Source: Planctomycetota bacterium
GTDB taxonomy: Bacteria > Planctomycetota > UBA8108 > SXIK01
Direction of reading: 5' to 3'
Length of the DNA stretch: 64,000 bases
NCBI GenBank assembly: GCA_965223265.1
Contig: OZ244999.1
Location: 3,936,001-4,000,000, forward strand
Within the stretch, counting starts at the first letter, position 1, and each line of letters begins with the position of its first letter. A model generated the notes under the pieces. It saw nothing but the letters and a program-made list of their open reading frames with translations. It did not search any database and was not told where the DNA came from. Positions 18,979-27,217 of this stretch are shown here, piece after piece. The translations under genes were made by a program, and so were the position numbers.

Positions 18979-19755
18979 TCAAGTCGACGGCTGCGCCAGC
19001 CAAAAGAGTTGAACTCCGAGAAATGCCGTCATGCCGACAATCAGAACGAACGCAGGAATCATTTCCACCAAGAGCGCTTTAGTGAGTTCCATACCGTGAG
19101 TCCGAGCCAGGCCGATCGATTCTATCCAGACGCCTGCCGTTAGAAAGAGCAACTCACCAAAAACCGGCACCGCCAGTAGCGGCGCGAGGCTGGCGCTCGT
19201 GTAGGCGACGACGCGATAGCTCACCTCGAAACGCTCCTTCGCCGCGCTCTGAAACAGCGCTGAGAGATGGATGACCTGAGCTCGCACGTAGACGTAGGCG
19301 GCAGGTGCGACCAGCACGACAGCAGCGAGCGTCGCTCCGCGCATCGGGGTGGGACGATCAGCCCAGCCGCCGAGAAGAGCCTTTGCCGCGAGGGAGAGTC
19401 CCCCACTCACAAAAACAAACGCTGTGGCAAGCGCGAACCCGCCGCGACGCCGAAAGCACAAAAAGCTGCGCTCCGGGGCCGTCACGATCGCCTTTGCAGT
19501 CTCCAGAGTCCCGGCAACCGAAGCCGCCACCAGCCGCAAAAGCAGGACGACGTTTGCCCCACCACCGCCGCGTCTCGAGTGACGCTGCAGAACATCGTGA
19601 ATTCGCCGCTCAAGAGCTGGCTCTGCCCAGTCACGCTGTGGAGGCAGAAGAACTGCCCCGCAGCTGCCGCACGCCGCTTCGCCCACTTGATTCGTGGCAC
19701 CGCAAAGAGCGCACTCGGTCGTTGCCGCGCTGTCACCCGCACGTTGTGGACTCAT
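18979..19755 (-). CDS. YIP1-like membrane protein with N-terminal zinc ribbon
   Basis: CALCG..CGSCG zinc ribbon, then several TM helices with FEVSYRVVAYTS..VPVFG..IGLARTHG. Confidence 0.75.
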   Translation of the reverse strand: MSPQRAGDSAATTECALCGATNQVGEAACGSCGAVLLPPQRDWAEPALERRIHDVLQRHSRRGGGGANVVLLLRLVAASVAGTLETAKAIVTAPERSFLCFRRRGGFALATAFVFVSGGLSLAAKALLGGWADRPTPMRGATLAAVVLVAPAAYVYVRAQVIHLSALFQSAAKERFEVSYRVVAYTSASLAPLLAVPVFGELLFLTAGVWIESIGLARTHGMELTKALLVEMIPAFVLIVGMTAFLGVQLFWLAQPST

Positions 19756-20088
19756 AGGCGGAATGATAACGCCCCGCGTTGAATTCTTCGAACCCGGGTT
19801 ACGTCCGTCGCGGCCGACGAACTCGTTCGGCTGGAAAAACTGTGCTTCGAAGCCCTCGGGCGGGACTCAAGTCCCGACTGTGCGGTCGCTCCCAGCCCGG
19901 CTCGAAAGGGCCAGACTCGAGCCCGGCAGCCGGTTCGAAGCTTCGCTTTTTCAGTTCAGCTACGGCGAACGCTAGGAAATCTCCGCGATTCTCGAGGCTC
20001 GCCGCGGCCGAATCTGGGCGGGAAGAGGCACCGGCTTGTCAGCCGAGTGAACCTCTCGGTGCACCGCTGGGAAAAATGCTCGGGGCGA

Positions 20089-20116
20089 TAAAGATTCTTC
20101 CTTCCTGCGCCGATAA
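20089..20116 (+). promoter_or_regulatory. Sigma28(FliA)-like promoter
   Basis: TAAAGATT-N12-GCCGATAA, a near-perfect match to the enterobacterial sigma28 consensus, about 75 bp upstream of the GHL10 gene. Confidence 0.6.
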
Positions 20117-20189
20117 CTGGAACTGGCGTACTCCGTTCGGCGTCACCCACAGCCGTGGACCACTTTCTCCTCTCACCGAGTTTCTTTCT

Positions 20190-21494
20190 ATGAACTTCCC
20201 AGCCAACTCCGGACGCCCAAGCCCCTGGGCATTGCCCCTCCCGCCGACAGCCCGCTCTCAGGCGACGATTCGCAACGCGATCCTTCTGGCACTCGTTCCA
20301 GCACTGCTCGCGACAGTTGTGTCCTCCACAAGCGTCGCTGGCGAGTCACGGACTGCTGGCTTCGGCGTCCGCGCGATCTGGGTAACCCGCTGGGATTATC
20401 AGACCGAACGCGATGTTCGCGGCGCAATTCGAGCCGCCGCAGCGCTCGGCCTCAACCGAGTGCTCTTCCAAGTCCGAGGCCGCGCCGATGCGTTCTACCC
20501 ATCGCAAGTTGAACCATGGGGCGAAGAGATCGGTGGACGACATCCAGGTTTCGACCCTCTGCAAGTTGCGATTGAAGAAGCCGCAGCGACCGGCATCGAA
20601 CTAGACGCCTGGCTCAACGTACTTCCCGCCTGGAAAGGATCCAAACCGCCAAAGAATCGCCAACATGTTTACTACACACACCCGGAGTGGTTTCTCGTGG
20701 ATCGCAGCGGTCGCCGCTTGCTCCTAGATGCCGACAAGTACACTGTGCTGAATCCGTGCCTTCCACAGGTACGGAACTACCTCGTTCGCATCGTCGAAGA
20801 CATTGCGTCACGATACCGTTTCGACGGACTTCACCTCGACTACGTACGCTTCGTGGGTCGCAAGCCGGGAACGCGACACGACTTCCCCTACGATGCCAAC
20901 ACGCTTCGATTGTTCGAAAACTACTCCGGTGGTCTCCCCTCGACGCAGCCAGCAGAGTGGAACGAGTGGCGTCGACGGAGCGTGAACACGGTGATCTACC
21001 GGCTGTCAAACGCCTATCGCGCGCTCCAGCCACATGGACGCGTCTCGGTCGCGGCGATCAAGGATTACGCCCGAGCTCGCGAGAACTTCTTTCAAGATGT
21101 CGTCACCTGGCAGCGCCGCGGCTGGGTCGACGAGGTATTCCCGATGACCTACGACAAGACGACCTCAGGCTTCACCACCTTCGCGTCGCGTGCACTCAGC
21201 GTCCCGCAGCGTGACAACGTCTACCCAGGTGTCGGTGTATACCTTCACGACAACGCGAGGCAGCTGGCGGCGCAACTGCAGCAATTGGAGCGTATGAACG
21301 CCAAGGGCTATGCGCTCTTTGCTCTGAGCAACTTCTATCCAACTCCGTCGCACGAATCGCGAAGCGACGAACGTTCACGCGCGCTACGAGCGTCGATGCG
21401 ACGTGCAGTCGCCAACCTGAACGCTACAGGCTCAGGACCGACAACCACGAGCATCAGAGCCTCCCAACGCCCCAGGTACGCAGAAGGCAAGTAG
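20190..21494 (+). CDS. Glycoside hydrolase-like 10 family protein (YddW/DigH-like)
   Basis: RAIWVTRWD, LFQVRGRADAFYPS, FDPLQVAIEEA, AWLN, HPEW, LNPCLPQVR, DGLHLDYVRF, FQD..W..GWVD...PMTY. Start re-assigned to ATG 20190. Confidence 0.93.
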   Translation: MNFPANSGRPSPWALPLPPTARSQATIRNAILLALVPALLATVVSSTSVAGESRTAGFGVRAIWVTRWDYQTERDVRGAIRAAAALGLNRVLFQVRGRADAFYPSQVEPWGEEIGGRHPGFDPLQVAIEEAAATGIELDAWLNVLPAWKGSKPPKNRQHVYYTHPEWFLVDRSGRRLLLDADKYTVLNPCLPQVRNYLVRIVEDIASRYRFDGLHLDYVRFVGRKPGTRHDFPYDANTLRLFENYSGGLPSTQPAEWNEWRRRSVNTVIYRLSNAYRALQPHGRVSVAAIKDYARARENFFQDVVTWQRRGWVDEVFPMTYDKTTSGFTTFASRALSVPQRDNVYPGVGVYLHDNARQLAAQLQQLERMNAKGYALFALSNFYPTPSHESRSDERSRALRASMRRAVANLNATGSGPTTTSIRASQRPRYAEGK

Positions 21495-21529
21495 CCACGA
21501 TCGGTCGCCGAGCACATGACGTGACAGTG

Positions 21530-22513
21530 CTATCTCTGCCCCGCTCTTTCCTCGGGAAGCGGTTCAGACTCAACGTCATGCTCTTCCTCGGTCGGTAGAG
21601 GACACACAGCATCCGCCTCGCTTGCGCTCAACCAGCGCAAGTTACTGAGTGTCTCCTCCAAGACGACGGGATCGTTGCCTCCGATCTCGGGACGAAACGG
21701 GTCCCGTTGCCTTCGTTCGGCCTGACTTCTGACCCTTGTATGAACACGGCGCATTGCGATGTGGAAACCGTCCTGGACGACGTAGTCGTCATACCGCACG
21801 CGATGAACACTGCCGACGACGAACGGGTGGGATCCTGAGTAGACGACTTCGTGAAGCAAGCCTGACGCCTCATTCTCGATCAACAAGTACGGGCCGAACG
21901 GCAACGATCGCTCCACCGGCTCGAGCTCAACCCGTGGAACTGTGGTCACGTGCCAAGGTGCCATCAAGCTACGAAACGTCCAGCGACCGAACGACGAGAG
22001 GAGACCAGGCTCGAGGAGGAAGCGAATCGAGCGAAGTGCGAAGTCAAAGTCCGCGGGCGTCGCATGAGACGAGGAAGCTACGGGAGTCGCGAACACCTCG
22101 CCATGGAGAGTTCGTGACGACGGCCGAAGCTGCGAAGAGCGAGTCGCACGCGTGTGGTGTGCGTCCGAGTCGGCCTCTTCGGCCGGCCCAGCAAGCAAGG
22201 AGGCCTCTGGGTCACCTGCAAACCAGACGTGCTCAAAGTCATCGAACCGGAAAGCTAGGTCGCGTCGAAAGACGTTCCCCTTGGCGTCAGCGGCGGTGTA
22301 CGTGAACTGAACGCCTGCGAAACGTCGGAACCTCTCAGCACCACCGTGCACGTGGCGCAGGCGGGTCATGAGAGCTCCGCTTTGTGTCGTCTTGAAATCG
22401 ATTTTCGACGCCGTCGCAAACGAACACGCCGCCACAAGCGTCGACAGCGCCAACATGACCGACAGACGCCGGACGAGTGCTACGAGAATCGCCACCAGGA
22501 CCTCCTTTGGCAC
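21530..22513 (-). CDS. Hypothetical exported protein
   Basis: Signal/lipobox-like LVAAC, beta-rich body, VHGGAERFRR motif near the N-terminus. No family recognised. Confidence 0.65.
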   Translation of the reverse strand: MPKEVLVAILVALVRRLSVMLALSTLVAACSFATASKIDFKTTQSGALMTRLRHVHGGAERFRRFAGVQFTYTAADAKGNVFRRDLAFRFDDFEHVWFAGDPEASLLAGPAEEADSDAHHTRATRSSQLRPSSRTLHGEVFATPVASSSHATPADFDFALRSIRFLLEPGLLSSFGRWTFRSLMAPWHVTTVPRVELEPVERSLPFGPYLLIENEASGLLHEVVYSGSHPFVVGSVHRVRYDDYVVQDGFHIAMRRVHTRVRSQAERRQRDPFRPEIGGNDPVVLEETLSNLRWLSASEADAVCPLPTEEEHDVESEPLPEERAGQR

Positions 22514-22802
22514 TACAGGATTATCGGCTCACGTGTTAAGGCTCGCTCCTCAACTCTTTTCGGCATGCTGCGCCTCTCGGCTCACCCCCGTGGCGCCCAA
22601 AAAAATCGCTGCGACCGACCGACACAGGCGCCTGCAAAGAATCCACATCTTAGCAGCTCTGCCAGGTTGAGCTTTGGCCAGCGTAGTTATAGACTCGCGC
22701 TAGCCCGCGCCTCATGAGTTTCGTCGCGCGACGTGCTGCGTAGGCACGTGCGCCGATGCCGTCGCCCAGACACAGCATGAGAGAGACACGGCCGCTGCGC
22801 CC

Positions 22803-23378
22803 ATGAGTCTTCGCCCGCAACTTCGCTGCACTCTCCTGCTCGTTTGCGCGCTTGTCGTTTCTTGTCGCGCTCCAGCACTTCAGGTAACCGGTGACCCGGA
22901 AGCAGATCTCGCAAACTCTGACCCTCGTGTCCGCATTGCAGCAGCGCTGCAAGTCGTCGAGGAGGGGCGCCGCGACCTCGCCTATCGCCTGGTCGAGAAC
23001 CTCTCCGATCGCGACGAGGCTGTACGCTTCTATACGTCGATCGCGGTACGAAAGGTGACAGGAATGGATTTCGGCTTCAAAGCATACGACGACATCGCGG
23101 AGAGAGCTCGAGCCATTCAGCGGTGGCAGGAGTGGCTGGAGTCCATTGGACAGGCCCAGGACGAGCCGGCTCTCCCACCTGAAGAGCCACGCGGCGAATC
23201 TTATCGAATCGATGACGGACAGCGGTCGGAACCGGCACCAACAAATCCTGTCGACCATGCTCGCGCACCGCACAGACGCGAGAGCGCGTCGTCGTATCGA
23301 CACCGGCGTGTTCCGCCTCGCGTCTCGGTCGTCAGTCAATCGAGGCTGCAATGCGGCAGGCGCCACTCCTCCGGCTGA
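22803..23378 (+). CDS. HEAT-repeat lipoprotein
   Basis: Lipobox LVVSC, then DPRVRIAAA, LVENLSDRDEAVRFY and TGMDFGF..ERARAIQRWQEW. Confidence 0.8.
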   Translation: MSLRPQLRCTLLLVCALVVSCRAPALQVTGDPEADLANSDPRVRIAAALQVVEEGRRDLAYRLVENLSDRDEAVRFYTSIAVRKVTGMDFGFKAYDDIAERARAIQRWQEWLESIGQAQDEPALPPEEPRGESYRIDDGQRSEPAPTNPVDHARAPHRRESASSYRHRRVPPRVSVVSQSRLQCGRRHSSG

Positions 23379-23393
23379 GGATTTACGTAACAG

Positions 23394-24518
23394 ATGCGAA
23401 GTCGAAGGTTCTTGATTCTGGTCGCTGCGGTCGCCGTGCTCGCTTGCGTCGCTTTTGCGCTCAAGGGCGCTCTTGCGTCTCTGCTGCAGCGCGAAACGAT
23501 CGTCGATGTAGAGTTTCGCGACGCACGTGGTTTGCGCGCGGGCGATCCCGTACTCCTCCTTGGAGTCGACGTCGGCCGCGTCAGGAGTGTAGAGATCGCT
23601 CCGCACACCTCCGTGGCAGAGCCTCGCGTACGGGTCAAGATATCCCTGCCCAATGCCTTAACGGAGCACCTTCGCGTCGACTCGCAGGTGACGATTGCGG
23701 AGACAGCCCGCGACCCTGTCTGCGTCCTCATTCAGGGCGGTCGGGGACCGCGATTCTCGGGTGACAAGGCGATCGTCGGTAGCCACAACGGCGACTTAAA
23801 CGACCTGACCGCTAGACTAGATGGCGTCGCCGCCAACGCAGAACGGATCTCCGGAGCGGTCAGCAGAATACTCGAGGACCTCGAGACCAATGCAGACATC
23901 GCGCTGGCGGTGAGTGAGCTCGCCGCGTTCCCCAAAACCGTCCGCGAGGATCTCATCCCGGTCCGGGAGCAACTCGAGGATGTGCTGTCGACCGTCAAGG
24001 CGGTTGTCGAGGAGAACCGGATCGACCTGCGCCACACTTTGACAAGCTTGCGCGAGACAACAGAAAAGACAAGGTCCTTCGCCGACAAGCTTCTTGTGAC
24101 CCCCGAGATGCTCGAGCAAACGCTCCTGGACCTTCGAAACGTGGCCAACAAGGCACACGATGTTCTCAGCGAGAGCCGCCCCGAAGTGAAGATGATCCTG
24201 AGCGACCTGCGGGAAACGTCGACGAACACTGCGACTTTGACGGCAGAAATCAGACGAAGACCATGGCGGATTCTCTATCGTCCATCAGAGGACGAACTCA
24301 AATCGACCGATCTCTATGATTCGGCGTGGGCGTTCAACCTCGGGGCGACAGAGCTCAACCGCAGCTTGCAGGAGTTGATCGGACACCTGAACGCGCAGCC
24401 CAGTGATCAAAGCGACGCCGAGCTCGAGCTCGCCTACGAAAAAGTGCGTGCAGCGCTGCAGCGCCAGAAAGAGGCAGAAGAGGTGTTTTGGGCGCGACTA
24501 CGTGACCGCAGCCGTTGA
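23394..24518 (+). CDS. MlaD/MCE family protein with long helical tail
   Basis: TM anchor, FRDARGLRAGDPVLLLGVDVGRVRSV MCE motif, coiled-coil region and EIRRRPWRIL. Confidence 0.9.
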   Translation: MRSRRFLILVAAVAVLACVAFALKGALASLLQRETIVDVEFRDARGLRAGDPVLLLGVDVGRVRSVEIAPHTSVAEPRVRVKISLPNALTEHLRVDSQVTIAETARDPVCVLIQGGRGPRFSGDKAIVGSHNGDLNDLTARLDGVAANAERISGAVSRILEDLETNADIALAVSELAAFPKTVREDLIPVREQLEDVLSTVKAVVEENRIDLRHTLTSLRETTEKTRSFADKLLVTPEMLEQTLLDLRNVANKAHDVLSESRPEVKMILSDLRETSTNTATLTAEIRRRPWRILYRPSEDELKSTDLYDSAWAFNLGATELNRSLQELIGHLNAQPSDQSDAELELAYEKVRAALQRQKEAEEVFWARLRDRSR

Positions 24519-24532
24519 CATCAGCTCGACGT

Positions 24533-27217
24533 TCAGGGTGCCAGAAGAACGTTGAAGAGGAAGCGAAACGTACCAAAGGTCCAGCTGCGGTAATGCGGAC
24601 GAAAACCGCACAGCACCCAATCGCCTCGCCTGCCGGCCCCTGAGATGTGGAAGGCTACGGCTGTGCTATGAAGAGAGGCGCCGCTGAGTGCCAAACCAGC
24701 GGCCGTAGGTTTCTCTCCGTCAACGAGGAGAACTGCCTCGGCCACTTCGCTCGTTGGCGTACGATCCCGTGCTCTGTGGACGGCCTCGCTCCTCCAAACC
24801 GGCCCACGATCGTAGAGAACAATCGGCGCGGTCCCGACACCCCACAAAAGCGGCGAAGGAGCACTTTGATTCCGCTTGTCACGGTTGAACCGAGTGTTGA
24901 GCAGCGTCCCAGGGAAGGCGTCGGCTCCCACGTACAACTCCGAGACCGGCAACATCCCGAAGTTAGCAACCTTCGCGGCGGATCGTCCCATGGCGAAGAC
25001 GCGCGCTCCACGCGCCACGAGGCGCCGAAGCTCGACACCGAACGCGGGACCCACGCGCGTCGCGACATCGTCCGCGATGCAGACGACCTCTCGCGCGTCG
25101 GCTCTGATCGGCGCGCTTGAGAGACGATGCAAATCGCCGATGTCGACCGTTCGAAACCGAAAACGGTAATCCTCGAGCACGGCGCGTAGCCAGCCCTCGT
25201 CCTTGGCCGCGGCTTCACGAGTGACGACGACGACGTTCGGGTACTGAAACTTCACCAAATCGCCTGCGCGCCGCGGCTGGTCGAGGAGATCATCGTCGAT
25301 TTGAGAAACGTTGCAGCCGTCAGCGACGATCTCGCGAATCCAGCCGGAGTCGATTCGCGACAGGCACCAATCGCCGGCTCGCACCTGCGGCGTCACCTGC
25401 GACGAGCGCAGAAAGCGCTCAATGTGAACCCCGCGTTCCACCAGGTCGCTCAGGTGGCGGAAAAGGAAGAGACTGCGCTGGTCGACCACCCATGCGACCT
25501 CCGTTGATGCCGCGTGCGTCTCAGCAGGTGCGGACAACTCGCCAGACTCGACGAACTCGCTGCTCTCGACCGCGGCGCCGCTGCCGCCCCCATCCTGATC
25601 TGTTCGCCGGCGGGAGGGGAGCGCAGGAGTCGAAGCCCCCCCAGTGCTGGCGTCTACCGGGTTCTGTGCCAAGGAAGGCGGCGACACGCTCCCAGTGCCA
25701 TCGCCAGCTGTCGTTTGCCGCCCTTCGGGCGTCCCTCGTAGTGGCGCAGCCCTCACTGAACACCCAGTCAGCAGCGCCAGATTGTGGGCGCTCGTGTCGT
25801 AGGGAACATGATTGAACGTGCCGCGCCCAACCGTTCTCGACGCCGTTGGATAATCCTTGGTCGTCAGGAGCGACGCGCACCAACCACTCGCCCACGGCGG
25901 ATCATCAACTCGCCAGCGGCCGCGCGACAAACGCCGAACAGAAGCGCCGCCGCGCTGAAGAGCTCGCAGAAGTTCGGCGACCGCGCCGGGATCGGCCACA
26001 CCGCTCTCGACGATATATCCGCCACCCGGCTTGCGAGGTCGCCCCGTCTGAGACGGCAGTCGAGAGAAGCTCGCATCAGCCGCCGCGAGTCGAACCGCCA
26101 CTTCAATAGCGAGCGCTCCCAGTTCGCTCGCCTCCGCAAAGCTCCACACACCCCCAGGCCACGGCCTCGGGTGCTCCGGTGTCGCGTCGTTCCCGTCACG
26201 AAAGACCCAGAGCTCTTCTCCTCCGACTCGCGTCGCGTCGACCGAATTCGCGGAGGCAACTTCGATCAGAAACCTGACACCGCCGTGGTAGAAGGGATAG
26301 CCGCGCGCCGGCGACCAAGCATCATACGTCCATCGATGCGCGATTCCCGTGTGCCCCTGCTCAGTCAGCGACGTGGCGACGCGCCGGCCCAAATCTGCAG
26401 CGTAGGCCAGCAGTTCCTCTTCGATCGCGGGGTCGTTGGGTTCGGCATACGGCGGCACGAAGAGCCGCGGTCCATAGCGCCCCATCTGATGCACGTCGAT
26501 CGTCAGCGACGGGCGATACACATTGTGAACGCGTTCGATAATGCCGCGCACCTCGGGCTGTGTGCCAACAAGCCAATCCCGATTGAGATCGTGTCCACAG
26601 TAGCGATGTAAGAGCGGACGGGAGCGAGATCCTCGCATCCTCGAACGGATCCGTTCAGCAATGAGATCGGTGCCGTCAGGATTCAACGTCGGCACGACAA
26701 ACAGTACAACTCGCTCCAGGACCCCGGACGACCGTGAGTCTGGCGCGAGGAGACGCTCGACCCATGCAAAAAACGCCCCCGTCGAACTCACCTCTTCGGG
26801 ATGGATTCCGCACGTGACGAGAATCACCGGCGGCGTGGACTCTCGATCGCCGTGCAGCGCCCTAAGATTCCGTGGTGACGAGATGAGAAGCATCGGAACC
26901 GGACGTCCGTCTGTCGACAGGGCGACCGTCTTCACGTCGACGTCGTCGCGCGCTGCGATGGCGTCGCAGTAGAGCATCACCTGTCGCGTGTCAGCGACCG
27001 ACACTCGCGCGGGGTCGAACCCGAAGACCGCCTGCGGAGACAGCAATCGCGACGGCAGCTGTGCCTCGGCGGCGCCAGCGGCTGCGGTCGCTCCCACGAT
27101 CGCCGCGAGGAGGAGAGTGTTAGCTCGACTTTGGCCGTTTCGCGCCGGCCTGGCCGGACCAGTTTCAATGGAGTGCAATGCCGCAACGCGTTGTCGCAGA
27201 CAGCGTGAAAACGTCAT
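24533..27217 (-). CDS. M14 family zinc carboxypeptidase-like secreted protein
   Basis: CGIHPEE (HxxE), NPDG, DLNRDW, IDVHQMG and a C-terminal DEGWLR..GFRPHYR domain. ATG 27217 overlaps the uvrA stop (ATGA). Confidence 0.88.
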   Translation of the reverse strand: MTFSRCLRQRVAALHSIETGPARPARNGQSRANTLLLAAIVGATAAAGAAEAQLPSRLLSPQAVFGFDPARVSVADTRQVMLYCDAIAARDDVDVKTVALSTDGRPVPMLLISSPRNLRALHGDRESTPPVILVTCGIHPEEVSSTGAFFAWVERLLAPDSRSSGVLERVVLFVVPTLNPDGTDLIAERIRSRMRGSRSRPLLHRYCGHDLNRDWLVGTQPEVRGIIERVHNVYRPSLTIDVHQMGRYGPRLFVPPYAEPNDPAIEEELLAYAADLGRRVATSLTEQGHTGIAHRWTYDAWSPARGYPFYHGGVRFLIEVASANSVDATRVGGEELWVFRDGNDATPEHPRPWPGGVWSFAEASELGALAIEVAVRLAAADASFSRLPSQTGRPRKPGGGYIVESGVADPGAVAELLRALQRGGASVRRLSRGRWRVDDPPWASGWCASLLTTKDYPTASRTVGRGTFNHVPYDTSAHNLALLTGCSVRAAPLRGTPEGRQTTAGDGTGSVSPPSLAQNPVDASTGGASTPALPSRRRTDQDGGGSGAAVESSEFVESGELSAPAETHAASTEVAWVVDQRSLFLFRHLSDLVERGVHIERFLRSSQVTPQVRAGDWCLSRIDSGWIREIVADGCNVSQIDDDLLDQPRRAGDLVKFQYPNVVVVTREAAAKDEGWLRAVLEDYRFRFRTVDIGDLHRLSSAPIRADAREVVCIADDVATRVGPAFGVELRRLVARGARVFAMGRSAAKVANFGMLPVSELYVGADAFPGTLLNTRFNRDKRNQSAPSPLLWGVGTAPIVLYDRGPVWRSEAVHRARDRTPTSEVAEAVLLVDGEKPTAAGLALSGASLHSTAVAFHISGAGRRGDWVLCGFRPHYRSWTFGTFRFLFNVLLAP

